Source of the DNA: a virus
Taxonomy: Duplodnaviria > Caudoviricetes
Virus record (IMG/VR): IMGVR_UViG_3300048599_000866
Span: 1 to 34,223 of that record
Length of the DNA stretch: 34,223 bases
Strand: one strand, 5' to 3'
Program-made: the position numbers and the translations under genes
Part shown: piece by piece, positions 1-8,380 of the stretch
Layout: the number at the start of each line of letters is the position of its first letter
Position numbering within the stretch: the first letter of the stretch is position 1
Notes under the pieces: model-generated
What the model was told of the DNA's origin: nothing
What the model saw: only the letters and a program-made list of their open reading frames with translations
The model's database searches: none

Positions 1-798
1 ATGGGCCTGGCCCTGCTTGCCGCAGTATCTCCGGCCTCGAGTCGAGATGATTCGAGCTTCGTCACTGGACGGACCTACGAGATCACAGTTCCCTCCGGTT
101 GCGACTTTTGGGTGCTGTCCTTCAAGTCCTCGACCGCCATGGGCCTAGAACCTTCGATGTGCTCTCACAAGCCCGGTCAGGACAAGTCTGAGATCGAAGC
201 ATTGTTCGACAGTAACCCTAGCCTGTACCCGAAATTCACGAAGACGACCAAGGTGGAGTTGGTGGCCCAGATCACTGAGGCCGTGGCTGTGAAGTTCACT
301 CAGGCCGACGGATCACCGGCACGGGGGTGGATTGCCTGGAACCGGATCGAAGTTCCCAAGGACACGCTTATGAAACTCGATGCAGAACGGGCGGCTGCCA
401 AGGAGTCTTCCAGGCAGAGTCGGATGCAGATGGAAAAACTGATCGCCTCGATGCCCAGGATTGTCGGTAAAAGCGGGACTGTACTGGTGGCGACCTCAAT
501 GGATTGTGTCAGGGATCTCCAGAAGATCTCCGCTTTCACCAAGCTGAATGGGTTCGGGGTTGAAGCCCGAAAGAAGAACGCGGAATTCATTGCCATGGGC
601 TGCGGGTTTGCTCTCGATGTCGGGACTGTTCTGGTCGGAGCTGAACGAGACGGCCCTATCGTGAGCTTCATCGGGACTACTGCGGAAGAGTTGAAACTCG
701 GCATTGTCCTGGCAGAGAACGTACTCTGGCCAGGTCGTCCAGTGGCACAAGTTCCATCCAAGCGTGTTCCGGCAAAGGCTTCGGCCTCAAAGAAATAA
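1..798 (+). CDS. Hypothetical exported protein, possibly 5'-truncated; could be a moron or a host gene
   Basis: 265-aa ORF with hydrophobic N-terminus (MGLALLAAVSPASS) and a Lys/Ala-rich tail. No family recognised. Confidence 0.6.
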   Translation: MGLALLAAVSPASSRDDSSFVTGRTYEITVPSGCDFWVLSFKSSTAMGLEPSMCSHKPGQDKSEIEALFDSNPSLYPKFTKTTKVELVAQITEAVAVKFTQADGSPARGWIAWNRIEVPKDTLMKLDAERAAAKESSRQSRMQMEKLIASMPRIVGKSGTVLVATSMDCVRDLQKISAFTKLNGFGVEARKKNAEFIAMGCGFALDVGTVLVGAERDGPIVSFIGTTAEELKLGIVLAENVLWPGRPVAQVPSKRVPAKASASKK

Positions 799-814
799 CA
801 TCACCCGCAGACGC

Positions 815-843
815 AGAAAGAGCCCCGGCTTTCGCCGGGGCTC
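815..843 (-). terminator. Intrinsic terminator-like hairpin
   Basis: GAGCCCCGGC-TTTC-GCCGGGGCTC (820-843), perfect 10-bp stem. The short U-tract (TTTCT) and GAAA loop are on the minus strand. Confidence 0.7.
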
Positions 844-868
844 GCATCGGGAAGGAAACTGGATTATG

Positions 869-1098
869 CTCTTGTCGAGTGGATCGTGGTTAGTGACGCG
901 GTCCGCTTGGCGGAGGAGCAACACCTCCGGCCCTGGCCGTGATCGTGAACACGATGCGAAGGGAGGCCCAGAGCGGATCTGGGCCTTTCCTTTGAGGTAG
1001 TGCCTGGTCTATGCTGGTGCCGAGTGGCTTGGGCTGGCCGGCCCGATCCACTCACCAGGGAGGCACCCCTGGTTGAGTTCGAATCTTCAGCAAGAGGG
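869..1098 (+). ncRNA. Candidate multi-branched structured ncRNA, family unknown
   Basis: Nested helices 877-886/1044-1053 (10 bp perfect), 887-894/1033-1040 and 903-911/1019-1027. Internal hairpins at 912-928, 942-955 and 964-986, then a hairpin at 1055-1072 and T-loop-like GTTCGAATC at 1077-1085. G-U pairs favour the + strand. Confidence 0.6.
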
Positions 1099-1101
1099 CG
1101 G

Positions 1102-1141
1102 AGAGGGGCTCAGCGCATAACTTTGAGCCCCTCTTCGTTTA
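1102..1141 (+). terminator. Intrinsic terminator-like hairpin
   Basis: AGAGGGGCTCA (1102-1112) pairs with TGAGCCCCTCT (1124-1134), followed by TCGTTTA. Confidence 0.6.
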
Positions 1142-1147
1142 TGCAAG

Positions 1148-1786
1148 CTACTGGTATTTGATCGTCAGGGTTGCGATGTGGTCTGTTGTGTACCCATATA
1201 GGTAGCATGACTGTTGCCAACTAGCATTGTTGTTGAACAACAACACCATATTCATACCAGATGTCCATCCTGGCAGATTGACAATCTCTTGGATAATGCT
1301 TTTTAAGTCTGGAGACACCTTAGTATCATAGGTGGACGCGTAGGGTATTGACCAAACAGTGGAAGCTGTCGTCTTTGGTCTTCCTGTCAGATTGGAGAAA
1401 TCATTGGTAAACGGTGTTGGCGAGATAGATTTCTGGCCATAAACGAGTACCTGCGTGACACCTGTCCCCATTCCGTTGAGGTAATACGCAGACAAAACCG
1501 CACTAATAATTGTCGCTCCGGCCGGAATTGAGGTGTTTGGGAATCGCATCCCTCCATACTGGTCACCCCCTAAATTATTCCCAACAGAAAAGCCCGAAGT
1601 TGGGGTATATGCGGCCCCGTTTCCTGCCCCTACATCATCGGATGTACTTTGTGGGCTGAGTACCACCGTGACAGGAACTGCGATCTTCGGCCGGATAAGC
1701 GTCCCATGGAAGGCAGCAGCCGTGACCTGAGCCGGGCTGGGGCTCGTAAGCCCCAGCAGGAACATGACAACTATGCAGGATCTCAC
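1148..1786 (-). CDS. Secreted adhesin/carbohydrate-binding-like protein (DNRLRE/CBM96-like), candidate fibre tip
   Basis: Signal-peptide-like [19 protein letters not shown]|Q and motif [25 protein letters not shown] overlap with the upstream fibre gene. Visibly more AT-rich than the structural core. Confidence 0.6.
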   Translation of the reverse strand: MRSCIVVMFLLGLTSPSPAQVTAAAFHGTLIRPKIAVPVTVVLSPQSTSDDVGAGNGAAYTPTSGFSVGNNLGGDQYGGMRFPNTSIPAGATIISAVLSAYYLNGMGTGVTQVLVYGQKSISPTPFTNDFSNLTGRPKTTASTVWSIPYASTYDTKVSPDLKSIIQEIVNLPGWTSGMNMVLLFNNNASWQQSCYLYGYTTDHIATLTIKYQ

Positions 1787-4386
1787 TGGATATCTCCCGC
1801 CAGGGCAAAGGTGTCCGTTGCGTAAGAAACCAGCGTGGCGATGGCATAAAGCCCTGCCGTTTTGGTCAGGGACTGCCTCTGCCTGATCGTTGTTCCGGAC
1901 GCGGTCGGTGTAACCGCGCCGGCCCCGAGTTGCACCACCAGACAGTTGAATCCAACCCCCAGCCCGGATGGAACGGTGAGCGTGACGGCCGCAGAGTTGT
2001 TGAAAGTGACGACCTTGCCGTTGTCGCTGGCCAGCAGCGTGTACGTGGTCCCGGTCTGAGCGTTGATCGAGGCAGACGGGCTAGCTGCAGAGGCGGATAT
2101 CACTCCGGAGGAGATCGTGATGTTGGTTCCAGCCGTGAGCGGGGCTTGATAATCCGTTCCGGCCACGGCGATCTTAGGCACGCCCGTGCCTGTCGTGTTC
2201 ATGAGCAAGCCTGAGGGCAACCCTGCCAGGGAAGTCCCGTTGATGCGGCTGACCGTCATTGCCAGAGATCCGGCTGCATTGGTCACGTCCCCGGTGAGCG
2301 CGGGGAATGTAGACGTGGGAATTACCGACACTGCCGTGAATTGTCCAAGTGAGTTTATGCCTGTCAACGGGGAAGAAGCTGGCGGGAAGGCTCCGTTTAC
2401 ATAATTGGTGTCCATAGACTTTAGCAATGGGCTGTCAACTACGTAGTAGGTTCCGTCGTACACCAGTGATACCCACGCCCCCACTTTAAGATCCCCGGCG
2501 TTCAGGCCGTAGGATCCCCATTTGACGATGGTCTTGGCGGCCCCGCCATTCACAGAAAGAGTCGCTGAAGACACATTTGCCACGTCGACTTTTAACAGTA
2601 CGCGGTCTCCCGCAGACACAGGGCTAAGCGGAGACTCGTTACAGGTGTACGCCACGCCCGAGCCGGACGCCGCGATGCACTTCAGTCCTGCTGAAAGACC
2701 GGATGCTGGGAGCATACCGACGGTGATGTTGCCGCCGACTGTAGCCTGCTGAAGCGCCATGCCAAAACCGCCGGTGGAGGCCAATGATCCCCCAGTGCCA
2801 CCATGATCAACGGCGACGATCCCGGTGACATGATCCACGGTGCCCGTTGGCGTGGCGTAGTCAATTCCCACCAACGCATCGACCAGCTGGTGGCTGGCAT
2901 TGGTCTTCTGCAAGGCGCCGCTGCCGGAAAGCGAGCCACCGTTGACCTTGGCGACGTTCGGGCTGGGATAAGTCCCGCTCAAATCTCCTGACGCCGTTCC
3001 CGTCGGCGCCGATCCGCCGCCGGATCCGCAAGCTGATCCTGCGTCACCCAATCCAGACGCTGTCCAGGAGACGCAATTGCCCGCCACACCAAGTGCCGAG
3101 GCCGCAACCGGTCTCGACCCATTCCCCCACATCAGCAGGTTGATCGTGTTCGTCGTCCTGGAGAAGGGTGAGGCGAACGTCAGGGGCTGCTCGTACAATC
3201 CGGCCATCGCGGTTACGGCCCGGGCGGGAGTGAAGTACAGGTTGCCGGACTCAGTGATCTGAGCCGTCGTGCTGGGGATTGCCGGCCAAGTCGCGGGAGC
3301 GCCGGCGATGACGGTCTGATAAATCCCAGCCATCGCCGATTTTGCCCGGTCTGCGGTGAAGTACAGGTTCGTGCCTTCAGGCAGTGCCGTTGTAGAGGTT
3401 GGAACGCTGGCCACCGACGCTCTGGTAGCGTCGGTTGGGTGGACGTGATCCTCCCTCGCATATTTGACAGACACCCCGGAGGTTGGCGAACCGTCCATGA
3501 CGGCTCCCAGTGTAGAAGGGGCAGGGATGGCCGGGGTGTTGCTCAGATCAAGATAGCTGCCCGAGGTAGCTACGGCTGCAAAAGATGGCCAGGTTGAGGG
3601 AGCCCCGGTAATACCGCTCCCGCCAGTGCCGGGGATGCCCTGGATTCCTTGTGGGCCGGTTTCCCCGGTGTCACCTTTGTCGCCCTTTACTCCTGGGATA
3701 CCCTGGGGACCCGTTAGGCCTTGAATGCCTTGATCACCTTTCACGCCCTGGATGCCTTGTGGGCCAGGATCGCCCTTGTCACCCTTGATACCTGTGCCGT
3801 CTCCGCCCGAGGGCACATCTGCCAGGGTGATGTAACCAGCCGGGTTGCTGGCATCGTAAGGCACGTAGCCAATTGCATCCCGAAGCATCTGAGGTGTGAC
3901 GCTGGTGGTGTTGCAGGCGCCGGGGCGGTAGGACATCCCCAGCTTCACGATGCACTGGCCTTCTTCGGCCTCGGCCGAGTTGATCTGCTCCAGGGAGACC
4001 ATCCCTGCCGGTGAAAACACCCTCTCCCCTTGCTGAACCGCTTCCAGCTTCAGCGAGACGGAACTGGAAGGCACTAGCCAGGTCTCGGTCCAGCTCCTCC
4101 CAATGAAGGGCTTGAAGGTGAGGTGGTAGACGTTGGCCTGGCCGTTGAGGGCCTGGCAGGCATCGTTGGCAGCCAGGGAGATGTTGATGACGCCATCCAC
4201 GATGTGGAACGTGGACTGATCCAGGGCATACGGAGCATGGTTGCAGACCAGGTTGGGTGCTGATACGACGATATCCCCTTTCCACAGCCCGTTCTGTGTC
4301 CGGAGCGTGTCCTGGATGGTGGTCTTGTGGGCCTGGGCCGACGCCAAAGCGGCGGCCAGACACACCAGTAGCATGAGTCTCTTCAT
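1783..4386 (-). CDS. Fibre-like protein with collagen repeats and an N-terminal signal peptide (867 aa)
   Basis: Start revised to ATG 4386 (GAGGT upstream). [17 protein letters not shown]|Q, a Gly-X-Y run, Thr/Gly/Ser-rich shaft repeats, and a C-terminal domain [18 protein letters not shown]...AGDIQ of a type seen at phage fibre ends. Confidence 0.75.
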   Translation of the reverse strand: MKRLMLLVCLAAALASAQAHKTTIQDTLRTQNGLWKGDIVVSAPNLVCNHAPYALDQSTFHIVDGVINISLAANDACQALNGQANVYHLTFKPFIGRSWTETWLVPSSSVSLKLEAVQQGERVFSPAGMVSLEQINSAEAEEGQCIVKLGMSYRPGACNTTSVTPQMLRDAIGYVPYDASNPAGYITLADVPSGGDGTGIKGDKGDPGPQGIQGVKGDQGIQGLTGPQGIPGVKGDKGDTGETGPQGIQGIPGTGGSGITGAPSTWPSFAAVATSGSYLDLSNTPAIPAPSTLGAVMDGSPTSGVSVKYAREDHVHPTDATRASVASVPTSTTALPEGTNLYFTADRAKSAMAGIYQTVIAGAPATWPAIPSTTAQITESGNLYFTPARAVTAMAGLYEQPLTFASPFSRTTNTINLLMWGNGSRPVAASALGVAGNCVSWTASGLGDAGSACGSGGGSAPTGTASGDLSGTYPSPNVAKVNGGSLSGSGALQKTNASHQLVDALVGIDYATPTGTVDHVTGIVAVDHGGTGGSLASTGGFGMALQQATVGGNITVGMLPASGLSAGLKCIAASGSGVAYTCNESPLSPVSAGDRVLLKVDVANVSSATLSVNGGAAKTIVKWGSYGLNAGDLKVGAWVSLVYDGTYYVVDSPLLKSMDTNYVNGAFPPASSPLTGINSLGQFTAVSVIPTSTFPALTGDVTNAAGSLAMTVSRINGTSLAGLPSGLLMNTTGTGVPKIAVAGTDYQAPLTAGTNITISSGVISASAASPSASINAQTGTTYTLLASDNGKVVTFNNSAAVTLTVPSGLGVGFNCLVVQLGAGAVTPTASGTTIRQRQSLTKTAGLYAIATLVSYATDTFALAGDIQ
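3629..3792 (-). repeat. Collagen-like Gly-X-Y repeat
   Basis: [55 protein letters not shown]. Confidence 0.9.
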
Positions 4387-4415
4387 AGTCAAAACCTCAG
4401 ATGTTGGTTGGGATC

Positions 4416-4751
4416 CTACTTGCCGAACAGGCGCGCGATCGCAAACGTTCCTAATCCGCCGGCCAGAGTGTAGACGAGGGGCAGCAAGCGGGTCACCCAG
4501 ACTGAACTCTCGGAATCTTTGCCCTGTTGCTGGGCCACATAAGCTTGCACCGGGGCTAGCAGCGGGCAATTCAGTTCCCGCTCGGCCAGCCGGATCAGAA
4601 TCGCGCCCAGCTTCTCTTCGTGCTTGATCACCGTGCCGTTCTGTTTATCCAGGCGGGCGACGACGTTTTTCGTCTCCACCGTGTTGGAGGCTACTTCAGC
4701 CCGGAGATCACCGAGGCATTCAAGGATCCGGCTGACTGTATCTTCGGGCAT
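4416..4751 (-). CDS. Coiled-coil protein with C-terminal TM helix (XhlA-like lysis accessory candidate)
   Basis: Start revised to ATG 4751 (GGAG upstream). Coiled-coil N-terminal part, then [28 protein letters not shown]. Confidence 0.55.
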   Translation of the reverse strand: MPEDTVSRILECLGDLRAEVASNTVETKNVVARLDKQNGTVIKHEEKLGAILIRLAERELNCPLLAPVQAYVAQQQGKDSESSVWVTRLLPLVYTLAGGLGTFAIARLFGK

Positions 4752-4762
4752 CACGCTTCTCC

Positions 4763-5638
4763 TTATGCGGCCAGTGGTTTGAATCGGGAAATTCGCTGAT
4801 CGGTGTGGCCTTGCTGCTGGTACAGAACCGTCCAGCCTAATGCCCAGGGGCGGGGAGACTGAATCTTGGCGCTGCCGATGTATTCTTCGTCCTCGCACAG
4901 GCAGCCGCCTTCAATCAGCAAAACCCCGAAGTCGCCCATGACAGACCCGCCTTGATGGGTGTGAGCTTGTACAACGGTTCTTACGTCGTGGACCAGGCCC
5001 TTGGGTTCCGCGAACGATTTGAGCCAGTGGCTGACGTTGCCGGCGGCTTTGAGCGGGATCTTCGAATATGCCTCGGCATGGGTGCAGACGGCATCCCCGA
5101 CTTGATGCAGGAAGTCGAACTTGGCGCCACCGGAGGTGGGCGCCTGGATGAGCTCTACGTTGTCGAGCCCGTAGACCAGGAACTGCAGGGGATCCATTGC
5201 CGCCGGGGCTACCAGGTCGAGATACTCGATCATCTCCAGGGGCAGCTGCTCGGCCATGAGCTTCCTCGGCCGGGCATCGTGGTTGCCGCCCAGGATGCGG
5301 ATGCGCTTGAAGTTCTGGGACAGATAGCAGAGTAGAGCCTGGGCCTCCGCCATTTCGATTTGGATGTTGGTGACCCGTTTCCGCTTCGGCCAGTGGGAGG
5401 CCGACCACCAGGTCACGATGTCGCCGTTGAGAATCAGTAAATCCGTGTCGGACGCTTCCTCCTTCACCAGTTGGGCGACAGCTGCCTTGGATTGGAAGGG
5501 GCAGTGGAAATCACCCGCAACAACGATCTTCTGGATCTTCGCCGGACGGCCGGGGCCGCGTCTCCGGGAGAGCGGCCCGGCCTGATAACCGATAAGATCT
5601 CGATACGACTTGTATGCGGACTGGAAGCAGGCTTCCAC
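4763..5638 (-). CDS. Calcineurin-like metallophosphoesterase
   Basis: Motifs GDFH, LNGD, GNHD, TH and AHTH in order. Start revised to GTG 5638 after AGGAG. Confidence 0.85.
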   Translation of the reverse strand: MEACFQSAYKSYRDLIGYQAGPLSRRRGPGRPAKIQKIVVAGDFHCPFQSKAAVAQLVKEEASDTDLLILNGDIVTWWSASHWPKRKRVTNIQIEMAEAQALLCYLSQNFKRIRILGGNHDARPRKLMAEQLPLEMIEYLDLVAPAAMDPLQFLVYGLDNVELIQAPTSGGAKFDFLHQVGDAVCTHAEAYSKIPLKAAGNVSHWLKSFAEPKGLVHDVRTVVQAHTHQGGSVMGDFGVLLIEGGCLCEDEEYIGSAKIQSPRPWALGWTVLYQQQGHTDQRISRFKPLAA

Positions 5639-5646
5639 GGTTACTC

Positions 5647-5943
5647 CTACTTTTTCGGGGCTACGACATCGGCCACGTCTGCGGTGAACCCGGCCCATTT
5701 GGCGAGGGCGGGATATTTCCCGACGAGGTAGCCGTAAAGTGTCAGCAGCACCACGCCGGTAGCCTTGGCGAGTTCCAGCACCGCCGCCTGGTCGTGGAAC
5801 TGGAAGCCGGCATAGGCGAGCATCCAGTTGATGTTGTTGGCGAGCAGCGCCCCCACTACGAGAGTCAGGGCGTTACTGCCTTTGTTGCCGTCCAGCAGGT
5901 GTTTGACCACCCGGTTGATGAGCATGTTTTTGAGCGGATTCAT
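5647..5943 (-). CDS. Holin-like small membrane protein
   Basis: 98 aa, two hydrophobic segments, basic C-terminus, GGAGG RBS, located after the tail genes. Confidence 0.5.
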   Translation of the reverse strand: MNPLKNMLINRVVKHLLDGNKGSNALTLVVGALLANNINWMLAYAGFQFHDQAAVLELAKATGVVLLTLYGYLVGKYPALAKWAGFTADVADVVAPKK

Positions 5944-5988
5944 GCAAGCACCTCCAGAGATCGATCAGTTGATTGCCAGCCCACGGCG

Positions 5989-6522
5989 TTATCGCGCACC
6001 GTAGGTGAGCCCGAATTCGAACACCGGCTTAACAGCGTAGCCAGCGGCCGGAACAGGACTCACCGACGTGTATGAGGCTTTGCAGACGGCCGTCGCGTAC
6101 CAGTTGGTGAGCTTGGTGCTGACCCCCTTGAGGTGGTAGAACAACCCTTCGCCGAGCTGTGCCCCGCCGCCGGTCGCATTCGAGGAAGATACGATCCCAC
6201 CGTCGATGATGGTTCCCAATGTCAGATTGCCGGACTGGTAGTTGATGAGCATGATTCCCGGCATGAGCGTGTACACGTTCCCGGTCACATGAATCGTGTT
6301 GTAGGAGTAGGTCCGGGTGTCGACTTTGACTCCAAACGACGTCCAGCCATTCAATTGCTGAGTCCAGGCCGGGGCTGTGCTCATGGGATTGGCTACCGGA
6401 GCGTTGGAGTCCATGCCGATGCCGGCTCCGACGGTGAACTGAGGGAGTGGGGCCTGTGCCATCAGCGAAGCACAGGCCAGAATGAACACAGCCAGGGCAG
6501 AGCCTGGCCGCAAGGTCTTCAT
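5989..6522 (-). CDS. Exported beta-rich protein, possible small outer-membrane beta-barrel
   Basis: Signal peptide MKTLRPGSALAVFILACASLMA|Q, alternating amphipathic strands, C-terminal VFEFGLTY strand, AGGAG RBS. Confidence 0.55.
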   Translation of the reverse strand: MKTLRPGSALAVFILACASLMAQAPLPQFTVGAGIGMDSNAPVANPMSTAPAWTQQLNGWTSFGVKVDTRTYSYNTIHVTGNVYTLMPGIMLINYQSGNLTLGTIIDGGIVSSSNATGGGAQLGEGLFYHLKGVSTKLTNWYATAVCKASYTSVSPVPAAGYAVKPVFEFGLTYGAR

Positions 6523-6553
6523 AAGAAACTCCTATTGCTTTGAGCAGTGGTAA

Positions 6554-6573
6554 GCCGCGGTGAGCACCGCGGC
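6554..6573. other. Intergenic GC-rich hairpin
   Basis: GCCGCGGT-GAGC-ACCGCGGC, no clear U-tract. Confidence 0.5.
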
Positions 6574-6586
6574 GGGGTTGTGGGGA

Positions 6587-6784
6587 CTACTCGGTTTCAG
6601 GGACGCTGCCGAGGATGGTAGACCCGTCTGGCGAGACCGTGAAGTTGCCGGTGCTATAGCCTGCTTCGGAGATCCACCAGGAGAAGGCTCCGTCGATTTT
6701 GGCCTCGAGAGCCTTGATCTGCGACTGCAGGGAGTTGCGGTACTCGATCTGCTTGGCGGTGAGTTCTATTGTGATTTCTTTCAT
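6587..6784 (-). CDS. Small hypothetical coiled-coil protein
   Basis: 65 aa, ATGA overlap with the upstream gene. Confidence 0.65.
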   Translation of the reverse strand: MKEITIELTAKQIEYRNSLQSQIKALEAKIDGAFSWWISEAGYSTGNFTVSPDGSTILGSVPETE

Positions 6785-8040
6785 GACTGTTTTGCGAATG
6801 TGTTGAACAAAGTCGTAACGGCGATGGTGACGTCGGCCAGTGTGTTCCCGTGGGCGACGAGCTGGGGATTGCCGATCACTGGCCAGGTGAAGATGTCTGT
6901 GATCGGCGCGGGATCGCGGATGATCTGCTTAGCGAGCCAAACCCTGTTGTCGTGGTTGAAGGTCGCTGGATCTTCAGCCAGAATTGCGTGCGCCACGTTC
7001 AGCAGCACAACCGTGAGCATTCGCTTCAGGGCGCCGGAAGTTGAATCGCTGGGATTGGCGACATCGAACAGGTAGGTGTCGGTGCTGGGGGTCTCGGCCG
7101 TAACGACGAGGGAAGACTTGAACGCCAACGTCTTCCAGGTGAGCCCATCCTTCGAAATAAACGTGTAAGGCGATCCCGTCTGGATGAACGTCCCACTGCC
7201 GTAGCCGAGGCAGGCTTTCTTGTTGGACAACATCGCAGGGTTCGAGGAGGTTCCACCCCAAGAGGCTCCACCGTCGGTGGAACGGAGCACAGGTGAGGAA
7301 GCGCCAGTGTATCCGGACGCTACATAGATCCCGTTTCCGTAAGCAATGCTGCCGTACCAGTAGTTGGTGAAAGCTGCCGTGGAAGTGAAGCTCACACCGT
7401 CGGTGGATCGCCAGATATCGGCGCCGGTTCCGACCAGAAGCTCCGTCGCAGTCCCGGTCAGGCACATGATCTTAGCCGTCCCGCCGAAAGCCAGCTCGGT
7501 CCAAGTCACTCCATCTGGAGAGGACATGAGCTTGTGGCTGACGATGTCTTCGCCTTCGACCGCGGCGAAGAACTTGCCCAGGGCGTAACACACCGCCACT
7601 CCACGCATCTGATGGGTTGGGTAGAGTTCCAGCGGGCTGGTCCGGTAGGTCCAGTTGATTCCATCGGGCGATGTTTGCAGCAACATGGCGCCATTCTCGT
7701 CAGGGTTGGTTCCGAGAATGACGTGCAGGCCAGCGCCATAGCAGCCGCTGTCGATGCGGCTGCCCTTCTGGCAGGGGTCGCCGGAAGTGGGATACCTGAC
7801 CCAGTTGATTCCGTCCACCGTGGATGCCACATCGGTAAAGCCGGTGGCCGGGTCGATGTCTCCTGAGCACCAGAACTTGTCGTCGGCCCGCCACACGGCA
7901 CCGGTCAATCCAACCCCCGGATAGTAAGCCGAGGAGTGCTCGCAAGGACTGTTGCCGGGGATCCACTGGAGCGCGGAGCCATCGCTCGATCTGAGGGTCG
8001 TGGAGTCTTCCTGGATGATTAGAAATTGAGGGAGTGTCAT
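6781..8040 (-). CDS. Asp-box/BNR beta-propeller protein with a C-terminal domain paralogous to the upstream gene; receptor-binding candidate
   Basis: Repeated SxDGxxW boxes (TVDGINW, SPDGINW, SPDGVTW, STDGVSF, STDGGASW, SKDGLTW). Confidence 0.75.
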   Translation of the reverse strand: MTLPQFLIIQEDSTTLRSSDGSALQWIPGNSPCEHSSAYYPGVGLTGAVWRADDKFWCSGDIDPATGFTDVASTVDGINWVRYPTSGDPCQKGSRIDSGCYGAGLHVILGTNPDENGAMLLQTSPDGINWTYRTSPLELYPTHQMRGVAVCYALGKFFAAVEGEDIVSHKLMSSPDGVTWTELAFGGTAKIMCLTGTATELLVGTGADIWRSTDGVSFTSTAAFTNYWYGSIAYGNGIYVASGYTGASSPVLRSTDGGASWGGTSSNPAMLSNKKACLGYGSGTFIQTGSPYTFISKDGLTWKTLAFKSSLVVTAETPSTDTYLFDVANPSDSTSGALKRMLTVVLLNVAHAILAEDPATFNHDNRVWLAKQIIRDPAPITDIFTWPVIGNPQLVAHGNTLADVTIAVTTLFNTFAKQS

Positions 8041-8042
8041 AG

Positions 8043-8369
8043 TCAGCCTGCCAGTGTGTCCACCAGTCCGAAGATGACCGTCTGAACGTCTGAGTCCGCG
8101 GCGCCGTCGCCGGACGCCGCGATTGTTGGGTTTTGGATCAGCGACCAGAGCAACTGCTGTCCCACTCCCTGCACGTCCCGCAGCGTTGCGTAGGCCCAGG
8201 CCAGGCGGTTGGCGTGGTTGGCAACCGACGCCAACTCGGTGAAGATCACGTAGTTCGCCGCGACGGAGACTGCGATGGCGGACTTCTTCCAGAGGGGTGA
8301 ATACGACTCGGCTGCTGGGTACTTGGTTCCATAAGCCAGGTCAAACAGGTCGGTGTAGGCTACGGCCAT
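8043..8369 (-). CDS. Small tail-associated protein (108 aa)
   Basis: Start revised to ATG 8369 (AAAGGA upstream). Directly follows the tail-tip gene. NHANRLAWA motif. Confidence 0.7.
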   Translation of the reverse strand: MAVAYTDLFDLAYGTKYPAAESYSPLWKKSAIAVSVAANYVIFTELASVANHANRLAWAYATLRDVQGVGQQLLWSLIQNPTIAASGDGAADSDVQTVIFGLVDTLAG

Positions 8370-8380
8370 AAAATCCTTTC

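Noticed and set aside
704-1055. ORFs 704..1000 (+) and 864..1055 (-) as type I toxins
   Set aside because: No hydrophobic helix; composition looks like translated structured RNA.
1055-1098. tRNA gene or tRNA-derived att remnant
   Set aside because: T-loop word is present but the T-stem is mismatched, there is no D-arm or anticodon arm and no CCA, and no second copy occurs in the window. Kept only as part of the ncRNA candidate.
4387-4569. N-terminal extensions in the ORF track (4569, 4898, 5698, 8543, 13661, 24050)
   Set aside because: Most overlap neighbouring genes, and the downstream starts have clear RBS or promoter support.
6470-6522. Lipobox or unimolecular spanin in 5989..6522
   Set aside because: ILAC is a poor lipobox and there is no C-terminal TM helix.
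1148-8040. Diversity-generating retroelement or invertible fibre cassette
   Set aside because: No reverse transcriptase, no template/variable repeat pair, no invertase or flanking inverted repeats seen.
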